NCBI GenBank assembly: GCA_963789955.1 | Contig: CAWBMV010000034.1 | Coordinates: 352,001 to 416,000, forward strand | From: an uncultured Candidatus Rokubacteria bacterium | GTDB taxonomy: Bacteria; Methylomirabilota; Methylomirabilia; Rokubacteriales; CSP1-6 | Direction of reading: 5' to 3' | Length of the DNA: 64,000 bases | In this document: positions 10,275-21,470 of the stretch, piece after piece | Layout of the letters: the number at the start of each line of letters is the position of its first letter | How positions within the stretch are numbered: position 1 is the stretch's first letter | The notes under the pieces: model-generated | Databases searched by the model: none | Seen by the model: the letters and a program-made list of their open reading frames with translations, nothing else | Told to the model about the DNA's origin: nothing | Program-made: the position numbers and the translations under genes

Positions 10275-11806
10275 GTCAGGCCGAGCGCCTCAAGCGGCTC
10301 AGCGAGATCCTCATCGAGCTGTTCCGTTCGCCGATTCCCACCCATTTCTTTCAGACGCTCGGCGACCACGCGGGAAGTGCGGTGCCGCACGACTACCTCG
10401 CGGTGTGCCTCGCGGATCCCGAGAAGGGCAGCTATCTCGTGCACACGCTCGCCGGCCTCGACGCCGGCGCCGTGAGCCTGCGCGGCTTCTCGCTCTACGA
10501 GGGGCTGCCGGGACGCGCGATGACCACGGGACAGCCGCAGCGAATCGACGATCTGGCGCTCGTTCGCGACGGCGTTCACGATCTCGAGGGGGTCCTGATC
10601 TCGGCGGGCCTGTGCGCGACGTTGGTGGTTCCGATCCGTCGCGGACTCGACGTCCTCGGTGCCTTGCTGTTCGCGAGCCGACCGCCGGTCACCTACGGGG
10701 ACGATGACGCGCAGGTGGCGACCCTGCTCGCGGCGGGGCTTTCGGCCGCGCTCGAGACGTCACAGGCCTATCAGGCTCTCGCCGACGAGCGGATGACGAT
10801 GCTGGGGGTGCTCGGCAGTACCGCGGACGCCGTCATCGCGATGAACCTGGGCGGTCTCGTACTGTTGGCCAACGGAGCTGTTCGCCAGATGCTGGGTTTG
10901 ACGCTGGATGTCATCGAGGGTCGCCCACTGCTCGAGGTCGTCGACTACGGCCCGCTGCGTGAGCTGTTCGTGAAGGGTAAGCCCGGCATCTCGGAGCTGC
11001 CACTGCCCGACGGCCGCATCGCGCAGGCGAGCATGGTCCAGGTCGTCACGCCATTCGGTGAGCCGGTGGGACTGGCCGTCGTGCTCCGCGACATCTCGCT
11101 CTTGAAAAACCTCGAGCAGATGAAGAACGACTTCATCAACACCGTTTCGCACGACCTCAAGAGCCCGATCACGGTCATCGCGGGGCTCGCGGACCTGATG
11201 CGCATGGCCGGCCCGGCCGATCCGAACTTCGAGAAGCACTGCCACGACATCCGCGACACGGCCCAGCACATGGCCGATCTCGTGACCGACCTTCTCGACA
11301 TCGGCAAGATCGAGGCTGGGCTCGATGCGGCCCGCGAGCCGATGGACGTGGTGCCGGTCGCGGAGGAGGCGCTGCGGCTCGTCGGGCCCAACGCCGAGCG
11401 GAAGACGATCGATCTGCGCGCCGACCTTCCCGAGCACGCGATCGTCATCGCCGCGCCGATCCGAATCAGGCAGGCGCTGGTCAATCTCATCGACAACGGC
11501 ATCAAGTACACGTCGTCGGGCGGGCGGGTCACGGTCTCGGCCGCGTTCTCAGCCGGCGGCGACGGCGCGGAGACCGTGACGATCCGCGTGTCGGATACGG
11601 GCCTGGGGATTCCCGCCCGCGACCTGCCTCACGTGTTCGACAAGTTCTACCGAGTCAAGAGCAAGGCCACTCGCGATATCGCCGGAACGGGCCTCGGACT
11701 GGCGATCACCAAGACCATCGTGGAGTCGGTCGGAGGCAGGATTCGCGTCGAGAGCGTCGAAGGCGCCGGCACGACGTTCACCGTCGAGCTGCCGGTCGCG
11801 CGCTGA
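10271..11806 (+). CDS. Cytoplasmic GAF-PAS sensor histidine kinase
   Basis: H-box TVSHDLKSPIT, N-box NLIDNGIKY, G-boxes DTGLGI and GTGLGLAI; N-terminal GAF and PAS domains; no TM segment; ATGA overlap with the redoxin gene. Confidence 0.9.
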   Translation: MSQAERLKRLSEILIELFRSPIPTHFFQTLGDHAGSAVPHDYLAVCLADPEKGSYLVHTLAGLDAGAVSLRGFSLYEGLPGRAMTTGQPQRIDDLALVRDGVHDLEGVLISAGLCATLVVPIRRGLDVLGALLFASRPPVTYGDDDAQVATLLAAGLSAALETSQAYQALADERMTMLGVLGSTADAVIAMNLGGLVLLANGAVRQMLGLTLDVIEGRPLLEVVDYGPLRELFVKGKPGISELPLPDGRIAQASMVQVVTPFGEPVGLAVVLRDISLLKNLEQMKNDFINTVSHDLKSPITVIAGLADLMRMAGPADPNFEKHCHDIRDTAQHMADLVTDLLDIGKIEAGLDAAREPMDVVPVAEEALRLVGPNAERKTIDLRADLPEHAIVIAAPIRIRQALVNLIDNGIKYTSSGGRVTVSAAFSAGGDGAETVTIRVSDTGLGIPARDLPHVFDKFYRVKSKATRDIAGTGLGLAITKTIVESVGGRIRVESVEGAGTTFTVELPVAR

Positions 11807-11822
11807 CGCGCGCCGCCGCGGC

Positions 11823-12995
11823 TCAGCTCAGGTAGGAGGCGACGAACGTGCCGCTCGGCCCCTTCGCATCGAAGCGCCCGAACGCGAACGGCGCCGGATC
11901 GACCGGCGGCGTGGCCCCGGTGATCAGCGCCGCCATCATCTCGCCGACCGCCGGCGATAGCTTGAAGCCGTGCCCGCTCATGCCGGCCGCGATCCAGAAG
12001 CCACGCAGCGGCGACTCGTCGAGAATCGGCATCCAGTCGGGCGTGATGTCGAAGGCGCCGGCCCAGCCACGACGGTAGCGCGCCTCCGCCAGGCGTGGAA
12101 TGGCGCGGCCCGTGCGCTCGAGAACCTCGGTCGCTTCATCGAGGCCGACGTCGGCACCGAGCAGCTCGGGCTCCATCGGATGCTGTGTCTCGTCGTCGGT
12201 GAGCGAGCCGGTGAGGGTAAGTCCGCCGGTCTCGGGCCGCGCGTAGCTCCCGCCCGCGAGGTCGAGATAGACGAGGTGCGGGCGTCCGAAGGAGGCGTCG
12301 CGCTCGACGACGAAGACTGGATGTCGACCGATCACGATCGGCAGCGCGATGCCGGCCAGGTGTGCGACGGCCGGCGACCAGAGTCCCGCCGCGTTGACGA
12401 CCACTGGAGCGTCGATGCGCTCGCCCGACGCGGTGTCGACGCCGGTGACGCGGCCGGCCGCGCTGCGAATCGCCACCACCTCGACACCTTGCTCGATGCG
12501 CACGCCGCTGCGGCGCGCCGCGTCCGCGTAGCCGTTCGTCACCGCGGTGGGATCGCCGTAGCCCGAGTCGGGCTCGTAGAGGATCGCGCCGAGATTCTCG
12601 GGATCGATCCGCGGCTCGACGCGGACGAGATCGCTCGGCTCCAGCACCTCGGCGCGAACGCCGACAGACCGCTGGAGCGCGACGGTCGCTTCGAGCTTCG
12701 GCCGCATCGCCGCCGACACGCCGATCAGCGCGCCGCACGCGACGTAGCCCGAGTCGCCGCCGACTGCTTCACGGAAGCGCTGGAACACGCCGAGCGAGCG
12801 CACCACCATCTGACTGGTCTCTCTCGTCGGATAGAGCTGGCGGACGATGCCGACCGATCGGCCCGTGCCGCCGGACGCCAGTGTCCGTCGCTCGAGCACG
12901 AGTACGTCGCGGACGCCGGCCGCGGCGAGATGAAAGGCGATCGACACGCCACTGACACCCCCGCCGATGATGACGACGGACGCTCGCCGGCTCAC
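11823..12995 (-). CDS. FAD-dependent amine/D-amino-acid oxidase family protein (sarcosine oxidase beta-like)
   Basis: VVIIGGGVSG, SGGTGRSVG, ITPDWMPI, GMSGHGFKLSP. Confidence 0.85.
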   Translation of the reverse strand: MSRRASVVIIGGGVSGVSIAFHLAAAGVRDVLVLERRTLASGGTGRSVGIVRQLYPTRETSQMVVRSLGVFQRFREAVGGDSGYVACGALIGVSAAMRPKLEATVALQRSVGVRAEVLEPSDLVRVEPRIDPENLGAILYEPDSGYGDPTAVTNGYADAARRSGVRIEQGVEVVAIRSAAGRVTGVDTASGERIDAPVVVNAAGLWSPAVAHLAGIALPIVIGRHPVFVVERDASFGRPHLVYLDLAGGSYARPETGGLTLTGSLTDDETQHPMEPELLGADVGLDEATEVLERTGRAIPRLAEARYRRGWAGAFDITPDWMPILDESPLRGFWIAAGMSGHGFKLSPAVGEMMAALITGATPPVDPAPFAFGRFDAKGPSGTFVASYLS

Positions 12996-13492
12996 CGGGG
13001 TGCGGCAGCGCTGAGCTCGGCGGCCTGGACTGCGTCGAGCAGGCGTACCGGGTCGTCGCGACGTATCGGGCCCTCGACGAGCACCCGCGCGTAGACACGG
13101 CTCCAGCCGGGGTGTGTCTTCTGGGACACGCGAGCGATGTCGCCGCCCTTGAAGACGCCTCTGATGGTCTGACACGGAGTCGTGTAGCGCGTCACCTCGA
13201 GCAGGACGCGCTCTCCGAGGAGCACGCGGCGGCCCGGCCCGACGGCGGACCAATCGAGCCCTTTCACCGTCACGTTCTCGCCGATGCTGCCGGGACCGAT
13301 CGAATGGCCCTCGATCCGCAGCCACTCGATCACCTCGATCGAGTAGAGACAGACGGCGCGCTCCTGTCCCCCGTGGTGCCGGTGACGGTGCGCGTCGCCC
13401 ACGAGCCCCTCAGTCGTCACCCACGCCGAGGGGATCGCCGTTTTCGGAACTCCACCGGGCGAGATGCTGATCTGGACGATTCTGACGTCCAC
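12992..13492 (-). CDS. MOSC domain protein
   Basis: GGVPK, HGGQERAVCLY, GENVT, TPCQTI. Confidence 0.85.
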   Translation of the reverse strand: MDVRIVQISISPGGVPKTAIPSAWVTTEGLVGDAHRHRHHGGQERAVCLYSIEVIEWLRIEGHSIGPGSIGENVTVKGLDWSAVGPGRRVLLGERVLLEVTRYTTPCQTIRGVFKGGDIARVSQKTHPGWSRVYARVLVEGPIRRDDPVRLLDAVQAAELSAAAPR

Positions 13493-13950
13493 TACCGAGC
13501 CTCGGCGCGGCGGATCATCCGCTGCACGCGCGCCTCGAGCACCTGTTCACCGCGCTGGTTCAGGACGCGATGGAGATACGTCACGATGCCGCGGTCGGCC
13601 TTCTTCGTCTCGCGCTTGTCGGTGACCTTGATCTCGACGGTCAGCGTGTCGCCCTCGAGCACCGGCGCCGTCAGGCGCATCTCACCGCCGAGGTAGGCCA
13701 TTCCCGTGCCGTGGATGAGCCCGGTCTGCATGATCAGCCCCTCGGAGAGCGCGAAGGTCAGGGCTCCGGGCGCCGCACGGCGCTTGAACACGGACTCGCG
13801 CGCGACGTACTCCATGTCCATGAACAGGGGCTCGGTGAACCCGCACAGGTTGACGAAGGTCACGATGTCGGTCTCGGATACCGTCCGGCTGAGCGTTCGG
13901 AACGTGGCGCCGACGTCGTGCTGCTCGAAGGTCAAGCCTTCACTTCTCAT
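13492..13950 (-). CDS. MaoC-family (hot-dog fold) dehydratase
   Basis: SRTVSETDIVTF, PVLEGDTL, NQRGE. Confidence 0.85.
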   Translation of the reverse strand: MRSEGLTFEQHDVGATFRTLSRTVSETDIVTFVNLCGFTEPLFMDMEYVARESVFKRRAAPGALTFALSEGLIMQTGLIHGTGMAYLGGEMRLTAPVLEGDTLTVEIKVTDKRETKKADRGIVTYLHRVLNQRGEQVLEARVQRMIRRAEAR

Positions 13951-15616
13951 GGCCGGGTCCTTTCATTGGCGGCCGCCGCCCCGCGACGCTCGTAGACGGC
14001 GATCCAGCGATCCGTGACGGGCGTGTAGGCCGCGGCCGCTTCGCCCCAAAGATAGCGCGTCTGCCCGGGCGAGAGCATGTCGACGACGCCGACCCGCTCG
14101 AATCGCTTCTGATACTCGTCGAACCAGCGAAAGATCGTCTGGTCGGATTCCGGGCGCATGAGCCACGAGGTCCACACTCGCACGAAAATCACGAAGCGCG
14201 GCTCCCCGGTCTCGATCTCGCGGATCATCTCCCTCTGCATCGAGACCGCGTACGGCTGAGGCTCCATCAGCGCATAGGTGTACACGTATCCGGTCGCGCC
14301 TCGCCGCTGCGAATAGAAGTAGATCTCGGGCTCGGAGCCGACGATGGCGATGCGATCGTCGGCCGACGTTCGATCTTGGAGATACCGCCCGATCTCGATC
14401 GCCTCGGGAAATGGGTTCATGCCGTACAGAGCCCGGGCCACCTGCCGTGGCGTGGCCGTGAAGAGGATCGCACGCTCCAGATAGACGAGGTGGAGGAGCG
14501 GGACGACGGTGCAGGCGATCGCGACGGCGGCCCGCCTCACCGGATTGCCGCCGACGGCCAGATGCCGCGTGAGTGCGTCGACGGCGACGCCCGCGAGGAG
14601 CGCGACGGCGGGAAGCAGGAGGATGAAGTACTGATTGCGAAAATAGAGTCCCGCCGAGGTCGCGATCAGGCCGCAGAGCAGCAGCATGCCGATCGGAGCG
14701 AAGCGCGCGCGTGCGGGACGATCCCAGACACCCGCCGCGAAGCCGAGCGCTGAGAGGGCGGCCGCGAGGTAGCACGTCGGGAGGATCGAGCCGAGCGCAG
14801 CCCACAGATTGCTCGCGCCCCGAGCCACCGGCTCGCCGGTCCCGTAGTAGTACGCGTACGTGACGGTCCAGAACCAGAAGGAGCCGAAGGCGCCGGTGAA
14901 CAGCATGAACAGACAGAGCATCGCGTACGGCGCCAAGGTGCCGGCCACGAATACCGCGCGCGACCGTTGTCCTCCGACGACTGTCGCTCGGACACGGCGA
15001 GGATGGACAGGAGACCGAACAGGGCGAAGGCGCCGCCGCTCTGCTTCACCAGAAATGCCACGCCGAAGAGGGTGCCGGCGCCGAACGCCGTGATCAGTCT
15101 CTCGGGTCGACTCGATCGGGTGAGCACCAGCATGCCGAGGAGCACGGGCACGAGGACGAAATGCTCGGCGTAGGCCGACGGCGAGAACAGCCGAGGGCTC
15201 AGCGCGAGCGCTGCATACGTCGCGCTGCTCGCGACGCCGCCGAGCGTGCCGATCAGTCGGCGCGCCACCAGGAACATCAGCACGATCGAGATCGCGTTGG
15301 CGATCAGCAGTCCGACGTGGACCGCCGCCGGTGTCTGGCCGAGGGCGGCGAGTATGGTGGCGTACACGACGTAGATGCCGGGCAGCTTGAAGTTGTAGGC
15401 GCTCGCGTACGGGGCAACGCCCTGCAGCAGGAGCTGGCCGAAGTACGCGTACTCGCCCTCGTCGCGGTCGAGCGGCACGTCCAGCAGGCGAACACGGATC
15501 ATCGCGACCGTGGCTGACGATGAGGGCCACGACGATCCAGGCCCACCACGATTCGCGCCGGGACTCCGCGCCCTCGGCGCCTCCCGATCACGCCGGCGGC
15601 GGCGGTCCCTACTCAT
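13947..15616 (-). CDS. GT-C fold membrane glycosyltransferase (frameshift near 14960)
   Basis: LLDVPLDRDEGEYAYFGQ, KLPGIY, multiple TMs, C-terminal GSEPEIYFYS; ORFs 14666-15616 and 13947-15530 join. Confidence 0.8.
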
Positions 15617-17209
15617 TGCGGGCGTGTCCGCTCGAAGACCATCAGCCAGACATCGGACCGCGGTGCGTAGCCGGCCGCCGCGTCACCCCATCGATACACG
15701 GTCTCCTGCTGAGCTGGGATGTCCACGACACCCACCCGTGTGAAGCCGCGCTGATAGGCCTCGAACCAGCCGAAGATCGTCCGATCGGAGCCCGGCCGCG
15801 CGATCCATGAGCGGGTCGCGCTGACGAAGACCAGGAATCGTGGCGCGGCGGCCTCGATCTCCCTGATCATCTCCTGCTGCATCGCCGACGCGTAGGGCTG
15901 CAGCTCCATCAGCGGATACGTGTAGATGTAGCCGGTCGCCGATCGGCGGGCCGAATAGAAGTAGATCTGCGGCTCCGATCCGACGACGGCGACTCGATCG
16001 CCGGCGGCGCTGTGCTCACGAATGTAGCGCGCGACCTCTACCGACTCCGGGAAGGGGTTCCGCCCGTAGATCGCTCGCGAGACCTGCCCCGGCCCGAGCT
16101 CGAAGAGGACGGCGCGCGACGCGTAGAGCGGCTGGGCGAGCGCGACGAGGCCCAGGGCACACGGCAGAGCCCAGCGGAGCGCGCGGGACGGCTGGGTGGC
16201 GAGCAGGCCGCCGAGCGCGACCAGTCCGATACCGGAGAGCACGAGCCAGGGCCGGAACGGCCAGCAAGAAGTAGTGGGGCCTGAACTGCAGACCCATCAT
16301 TGTTCCCAGCAGCGCGGACGCGGCGAACGCGACGACGAAGGTCCGCCGGTCGCGATTCGGGTCGCGGATGACCGAAGCCAGGCCGACGCCGGCGAGGGCG
16401 AGCACCACCGACGTGGACGGCGCCACCGCGCCGAGCGTGCGGACGAGGTTGCTCCAGCCCGTCGCCGGGTCGGCCTGGTAGTAGCGCGCGTACGTGAACA
16501 CCCAGAACCAAAAGGTTCGGAAAGTTCCGGCCGCCCAGAGCGCCAGACACGTGAGCGCCAGCGGCGCGGCAGCGCCGGCAAGAAAAACGGCGATGGCGCC
16601 GAGGCGTCCGACCCGAGGGTGTTCCGCGATGCCGTCGCCACGCGCCACGAGCAGATAGACGACGGCGCCGATGACGAAGAGTGCCGCGCTCTGGCGTATG
16701 AGCAAGCCGAGGCCGAACAGGATTCCGCAGGTGAGCAGGCTGATCGGTCGCCGCTCGCGACCGCCTCTCCACAGAACGACGGCACCCGCCACGACGGGCA
16801 GGAGCGCGAAATGTTCAGCGTAGGCGGCGATGCCGAGCATCTTAGGGTTCAACGACAGGGCCGCGAAGACGGCGGCGGCGGCGACGCCCACGGCCGACCC
16901 GCCGAGTCGGGCGCCGAGCAGATACGTGGCCACCGTGGTGGCCGAGGTCGTCAGGATGAGGCCGGTGCGGATCCCCGCGGGCGTTTGGCCGAAGACGGCC
17001 AGGATCAAGGCGTAGACGCCGTAGATTCCCGGCAGCTTGAGGTTGTAGGCCAGGGCGTACGGTGGGACACCCGCGAGCAGGAGCTGGCCGAAGTACGCGT
17101 ACTCGCCCTCGTCGCGGTCGAGCGGGACGTCGAGCAGCCGGAGCCTGATCGCGGCCGCCACGGTCACCACCGTCGCGACCGCGAGCCAGGCCGGAAGCCG
17201 CGACCTCAG
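15613..17209 (-). CDS. GT-C fold membrane glycosyltransferase, tandem paralog of 13947-15616 (frameshift near 16245)
   Basis: Same LLDVPLDRDEGEYAYFGQLLL and GSEPQIYFYS motifs; ORFs 16016-17170 and 15613-16242 join; start codon uncertain. Confidence 0.8.
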
Positions 17210-18764
17210 GGCCGCGCCTTCTCGTACACGGTGATCTTCGGCCGGTCGCCCGGGTCACGAAATACGTGACGGTCCGGCTCGGGGATGTTTTCCCAGATCG
17301 TATCGACGACCGGCAGATCGATCCGGCGGTACGCGGACTGCGAGATCCCGGTCTTCAAATACTGGAGCGTGCGCTCGGCGTCTTGCTTCGCGGCCGGCGC
17401 TGCGGGCTGAAATCTGAAGAAGTACCGTACGATCACCCAGTCGGGCGGCGGCCAGCCCGCGAGGCTCTGGCAGCCTTGACCGCCGCGGATTTCCAGTCGC
17501 GTATAGAAGCGTAGCGGGAGGTCGCCGTAGGAGATGAAGAGCCGATCTCCAGGTCGCGCCGAGGCGTCGAGAAGGCGGATGATCCCATCGATCGGACCGG
17601 GAACGTGGTGCGTGATCTCGTCGACGTACCTGGCGAGCGTGATCGAGAATCGGCCATGAACCAGATCGGCCCGGTCGGGCAAGAGCGCCAGGAGCAGGAT
17701 CGCGGCGGCGAGCACACGACTTCGCGTGGCCAACGCGCGGATGGCCCAGGCCTGGAGAAGCGCGAAGACGGGCAAGAGCGTGATCGCGTACCGGAAGAAG
17801 ACGAACGGCACGGTGGCGACGACCAGAATGTGGCCCAGCGCGAACGCGACCAGCGCGAGGCACGCGCGGACGCGCGACCGATCCGCACATCGGGCCGCGC
17901 GCGTGTGACCACGGCGAGTGCGATGAGCGCGACGGCGAGGAGCACCGCCGGAAAGGCGTACAGCTCGATGCGCGCCCCGTAGCTTGCGAGATTCGAGACG
18001 AACGATCTCACGGATGCGAGGGCCAGGAGCCGGCCGCTGGTCTGTTCGACGCCGGACCCGAGAAGCCACGGAAGATTCACGATGATGGTGCCCGCGACGG
18101 CGGCGGCGAGCCATTCGAGCACCGCCGCCTGGAGCGCGAGGACCAGCGCGGCCAAGGCCAGGCCGGCGACGGCGCCGAAGAACAGAAGGTGACTCGCATG
18201 CAGGAGGACCGTGAGCGAGAGGGCCAGACCCGCGGCGGCGAGGCGGCGGCGTGTCGGCAGAAGGAAGAAGAAGTAGAGCACCCAGATCGCGGCCAGAATC
18301 GCCACGGCATAGTACCGGCACTGCCGCACGTGCAAGAGGAATGGCACCGACAGGAGCAGTGAGCCGGCGGCGAGCATCGCGGTCGGTCGATCCCCGGAAG
18401 CGCGCCGGGCCAGGAGATACATCGAAGGCACGGCGAGGAGGCCCAGGAGCGCGAAGGGCAGGCGAGCCGTGAAGGTCGAGGTATCGAGCAGCGCGAACGA
18501 GCCGGCCGCGACGTAGATCGGCAGCCACGGCGTCTGGCGCCAGAGATAGTTCGAGTCGTAGTCGGTGCCGCACTCCTGGGAGATGAGCGTGACGCCGTCC
18601 CACGCGAGGGGGACGCCGAAGCGCAAGGTGCTCTTCGCGAGCAGCGCGGTCTCCGCCTCGTCGTCCCAGAGGCGCCGGTCGTCGAGATTGGTGAAGATGA
18701 GCAGCGCGGCGAGGAGCAGGAGCCCCGCGGCCGCGCTATTCGCCCAGATACGCTCGGCGGACAT
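17206..18764 (-). CDS. GT-C fold membrane glycosyltransferase, ArnT/PMT-like (frameshift near 17890)
   Basis: RRLWDDEAETA, ARLPFALLG, RQCRYYA. Confidence 0.8.
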
Positions 18765-19437
18765 CGGCGTTGTCCGACAACTCGGCCGCGGTTCCGGTGA
18801 GCGCGATGGAGCCCGTCTCCAGGACGTACCCGCGATGCGCGATCGAGAGCGCCATGGCCGCGTTCTGCTCGACCAGCAAGATCGTCATGCCCTGGCGGTT
18901 GATATCGATGATCGTGTCGAAGATCTGCTCCACGAGGACGGGCGCCAGCCCCATGCTCGGCTCGTCCAGCAGCAGGAGCCGTGGATTCGCCATGAGCGCG
19001 CGCCCGATCGCGAGCATCTGCTGCTCGCCGCCCGACAGGGTGCCGGCGACCTGGGTGACGCGCTCGGCCAGACGCGGGAACAATCCGAAGACCCGCTCGA
19101 GGTCGCCCGCGATTCCGGCGTCGCTTCTGAGGTACGCGCCCATCGTCAGGTTCTCGCGGACGGTCAGACGGTTGAAGATCCGCCGTCCCTCGGGCACGTG
19201 CGCGACGCCCCGCGCCACGATCGCGTGCGGCGGCACGTCGAGGAGCGACCGGTCCTCGAGGGTGATGGCGCCGCGGGTCGGATGGAGAAGCCCGGAGATC
19301 GTCTTGAGCGTGGTCGTCTTGCCGGCGCCGTTGTTGCCGAGGAGCGTGACGATCTCGCCCTGTCCGACCTCGAGCCCCACGCCCTTGAGTGCTCGAATCT
19401 CACCGTACGACACATCGAGCGACTCGACCTTAAGCAC
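18736..19437 (-). CDS. livF: Branched-chain amino acid ABC transporter ATPase
   Basis: GNNGAGKTT, LSGGEQQMLAI, LLLDEPSMGLAP. Confidence 0.95.
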   Translation of the reverse strand: MLKVESLDVSYGEIRALKGVGLEVGQGEIVTLLGNNGAGKTTTLKTISGLLHPTRGAITLEDRSLLDVPPHAIVARGVAHVPEGRRIFNRLTVRENLTMGAYLRSDAGIAGDLERVFGLFPRLAERVTQVAGTLSGGEQQMLAIGRALMANPRLLLLDEPSMGLAPVLVEQIFDTIIDINRQGMTILLVEQNAAMALSIAHRGYVLETGSIALTGTAAELSDNADVRRAYLGE

Positions 19438-20221
19438 GCGGCTTCGCCCTCGGCCCGGCGCCGCGCTTGCCCAGGTAGGCTTCGATCACGCGTGCGTCGC
19501 TCTGGACCTCGCGCGGCGGCCCCTCGGCGATCTTCTCGCCGTGATCGAGCACGGTGACCCGGTCGGAGACCTCCATGACCACGCGCATGTTGTGCTCGAT
19601 CAGGATGATGGCGATGCCGAAGTCGGCCACGAGCCCACGCAGCAGATGCATCAGGGCGCCCGCTTCCCCCTGGGTCATGCCGGCCGTCGGCTCGTCGAGG
19701 AGCAGCAGCGCGGGCTCGGAGGCGAGCGCGCGGGCGAGCTCGAGCCGTCGCCGATCGCCGTACGGCAGGTTGCGCGCGACGACGTTCGCGCTGACCTGCA
19801 GCCCGACGCGATTCAGCAACGCGACCGCGCGGGCGGCCAGCTCGGATTCGGTCCGGCGGAAGCCCGGGCTGCGCGACAGGACATCCCACAGACGGAGCGA
19901 GATGCGCGAGTTCATGCCGACGAGCACGTTCTCGATCGCCGTCATGTTGGCGAAGAGACGGATGTTCTGGAACGTGCGGCAGATGCCGAGCGCCGTGATC
20001 TGGTCGGGGCGCAACCCGAGCAGCGGCTGGTCGCGGAAGGTCACGCTGCCCTCGTCCGCCGCGTAGAGGCCGGTGAAGATGTTGAAGAGCGTCGTCTTGC
20101 CGGCGCCGTTGGGTCCGATGATCGACGAGATGCCACGGTCGACGGCGAAGTCCACGCCGTGCAGCGCCGTGAGCCCGCCGAACCGTTTCGTGACGCCCCG
20201 GGCTTCGAAGAGGGCCGGCAC
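19430..20221 (-). CDS. livG: Branched-chain amino acid ABC transporter ATPase
   Basis: GPNGAGKTT, RTFQNIRLF, LPYG, IEHNM. Confidence 0.95.
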   Translation of the reverse strand: MPALFEARGVTKRFGGLTALHGVDFAVDRGISSIIGPNGAGKTTLFNIFTGLYAADEGSVTFRDQPLLGLRPDQITALGICRTFQNIRLFANMTAIENVLVGMNSRISLRLWDVLSRSPGFRRTESELAARAVALLNRVGLQVSANVVARNLPYGDRRRLELARALASEPALLLLDEPTAGMTQGEAGALMHLLRGLVADFGIAIILIEHNMRVVMEVSDRVTVLDHGEKIAEGPPREVQSDARVIEAYLGKRGAGPRAKPRA

Positions 20222-20276
20222 GGTCGCGGGCTCTACGACGCCGCCCCGCGCGGTGTCCCAGCGGCGAGCGCCGGCT

Positions 20277-21470
20277 TCAATGAGCGAGCTCGCGCTGGCG
20301 ACGGCGCGCGGGGAAGATCCCTTGCGGGCGGAAGATCATCATGAGGACGAGGATGATGCCGAACACCATCCGCTCGTACTTGGCGGGCTCGAACTGGGTC
20401 GGGAGATCGGCGAGGCTGTAGCCGAAGATCGTGACGCCCGCGTTCTTGAGCTCGTTGAGCCAGAGCGAGAATCCCTTCAGGACCTGAAGATTCAGCACGG
20501 TCACGACGGTGGCCCCGACGATCGCCCCGGGAATCGAGCCCATCCCGCCCAGGATGACCATGGCGAGGACGCCGATCGACTCGAGGAAGGTGAACGACTC
20601 CGGGTTGATGAAGACCTGCTTGGCCGAGAACAGAACGCCCATCACGCCGGCGAACGACGCGCCGCAGGCGAACGCCATGAGCTTCATGCGCACGAGCGAC
20701 ACGCCCATGGCCCGCGCGGCCAGCTCGTCCTCGCGGATCGCCTCCCACGCCCGGCCGATGTGCGAATCCTCGAGCCGGCGGTTGACGATGACGACCGCCA
20801 CCACGATGAGCAAGGCGAGGAAATAGAAGTACTCGCCGTACGGAAGGCCGAACGGCGTCGGAGGCCGCATGATCGGCGTGATGCCCTTGGGGCCGTTCGT
20901 GAGGTTGATCGGCTTGTCGAGGTTGTTCGCCAGGACCCGGATGACCTCACCGAAGCCCAGGGTGACGATGGCCAGGTAGTCGCCGTGCAGCCGCAGCACC
21001 GGCAAGCCGAGCAGAATTCCGGTGGTCGCCGCCGTGGCGAGCCCGACGAAGAGAAAGATGTAGAACCACCAGCCGGCCAGCGGGAACATCTCGCCGCCGA
21101 AGATGACGTTGGCGTGTGGCGAGCCGAGGATCGCCCAGGAGTACGCGCCGACGGCGAAGAAGGCCACGTAGCCGAGATCCAGGAGTCCCGCCAGCCCAAC
21201 GACGATGTTGAGGCCGAGCGCCAGCGCCACGAAGATACCGACCTGGGTCGCGACCTCGAGATAGTAGCTGTTGTAGTACCCGATCGTCGGCATCAGCACC
21301 AGGAGACTGATCGCCAGGAGCGCCCAGCGTAGCCGTTCCGGTATCCGCGCCCTGTAGACGAAGAGCAGCGAGCCCTGGAACAGGAGGAAGATCAGGACGG
21401 AGCGCGGAAACGTGGCGACCGCGACCGCGGACAGCCCGACCAGCGCCACGGCGATCAATGACCAGATCAC
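20277..21470 (-). CDS. livM: Branched-chain amino acid ABC transporter permease
   Basis: GLNIVVGLAGLLDLG, LRLHGDYLAIVTLGFGE. Confidence 0.95.
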   Translation of the reverse strand: MIWSLIAVALVGLSAVAVATFPRSVLIFLLFQGSLLFVYRARIPERLRWALLAISLLVLMPTIGYYNSYYLEVATQVGIFVALALGLNIVVGLAGLLDLGYVAFFAVGAYSWAILGSPHANVIFGGEMFPLAGWWFYIFLFVGLATAATTGILLGLPVLRLHGDYLAIVTLGFGEVIRVLANNLDKPINLTNGPKGITPIMRPPTPFGLPYGEYFYFLALLIVVAVVIVNRRLEDSHIGRAWEAIREDELAARAMGVSLVRMKLMAFACGASFAGVMGVLFSAKQVFINPESFTFLESIGVLAMVILGGMGSIPGAIVGATVVTVLNLQVLKGFSLWLNELKNAGVTIFGYSLADLPTQFEPAKYERMVFGIILVLMMIFRPQGIFPARRRQRELAH

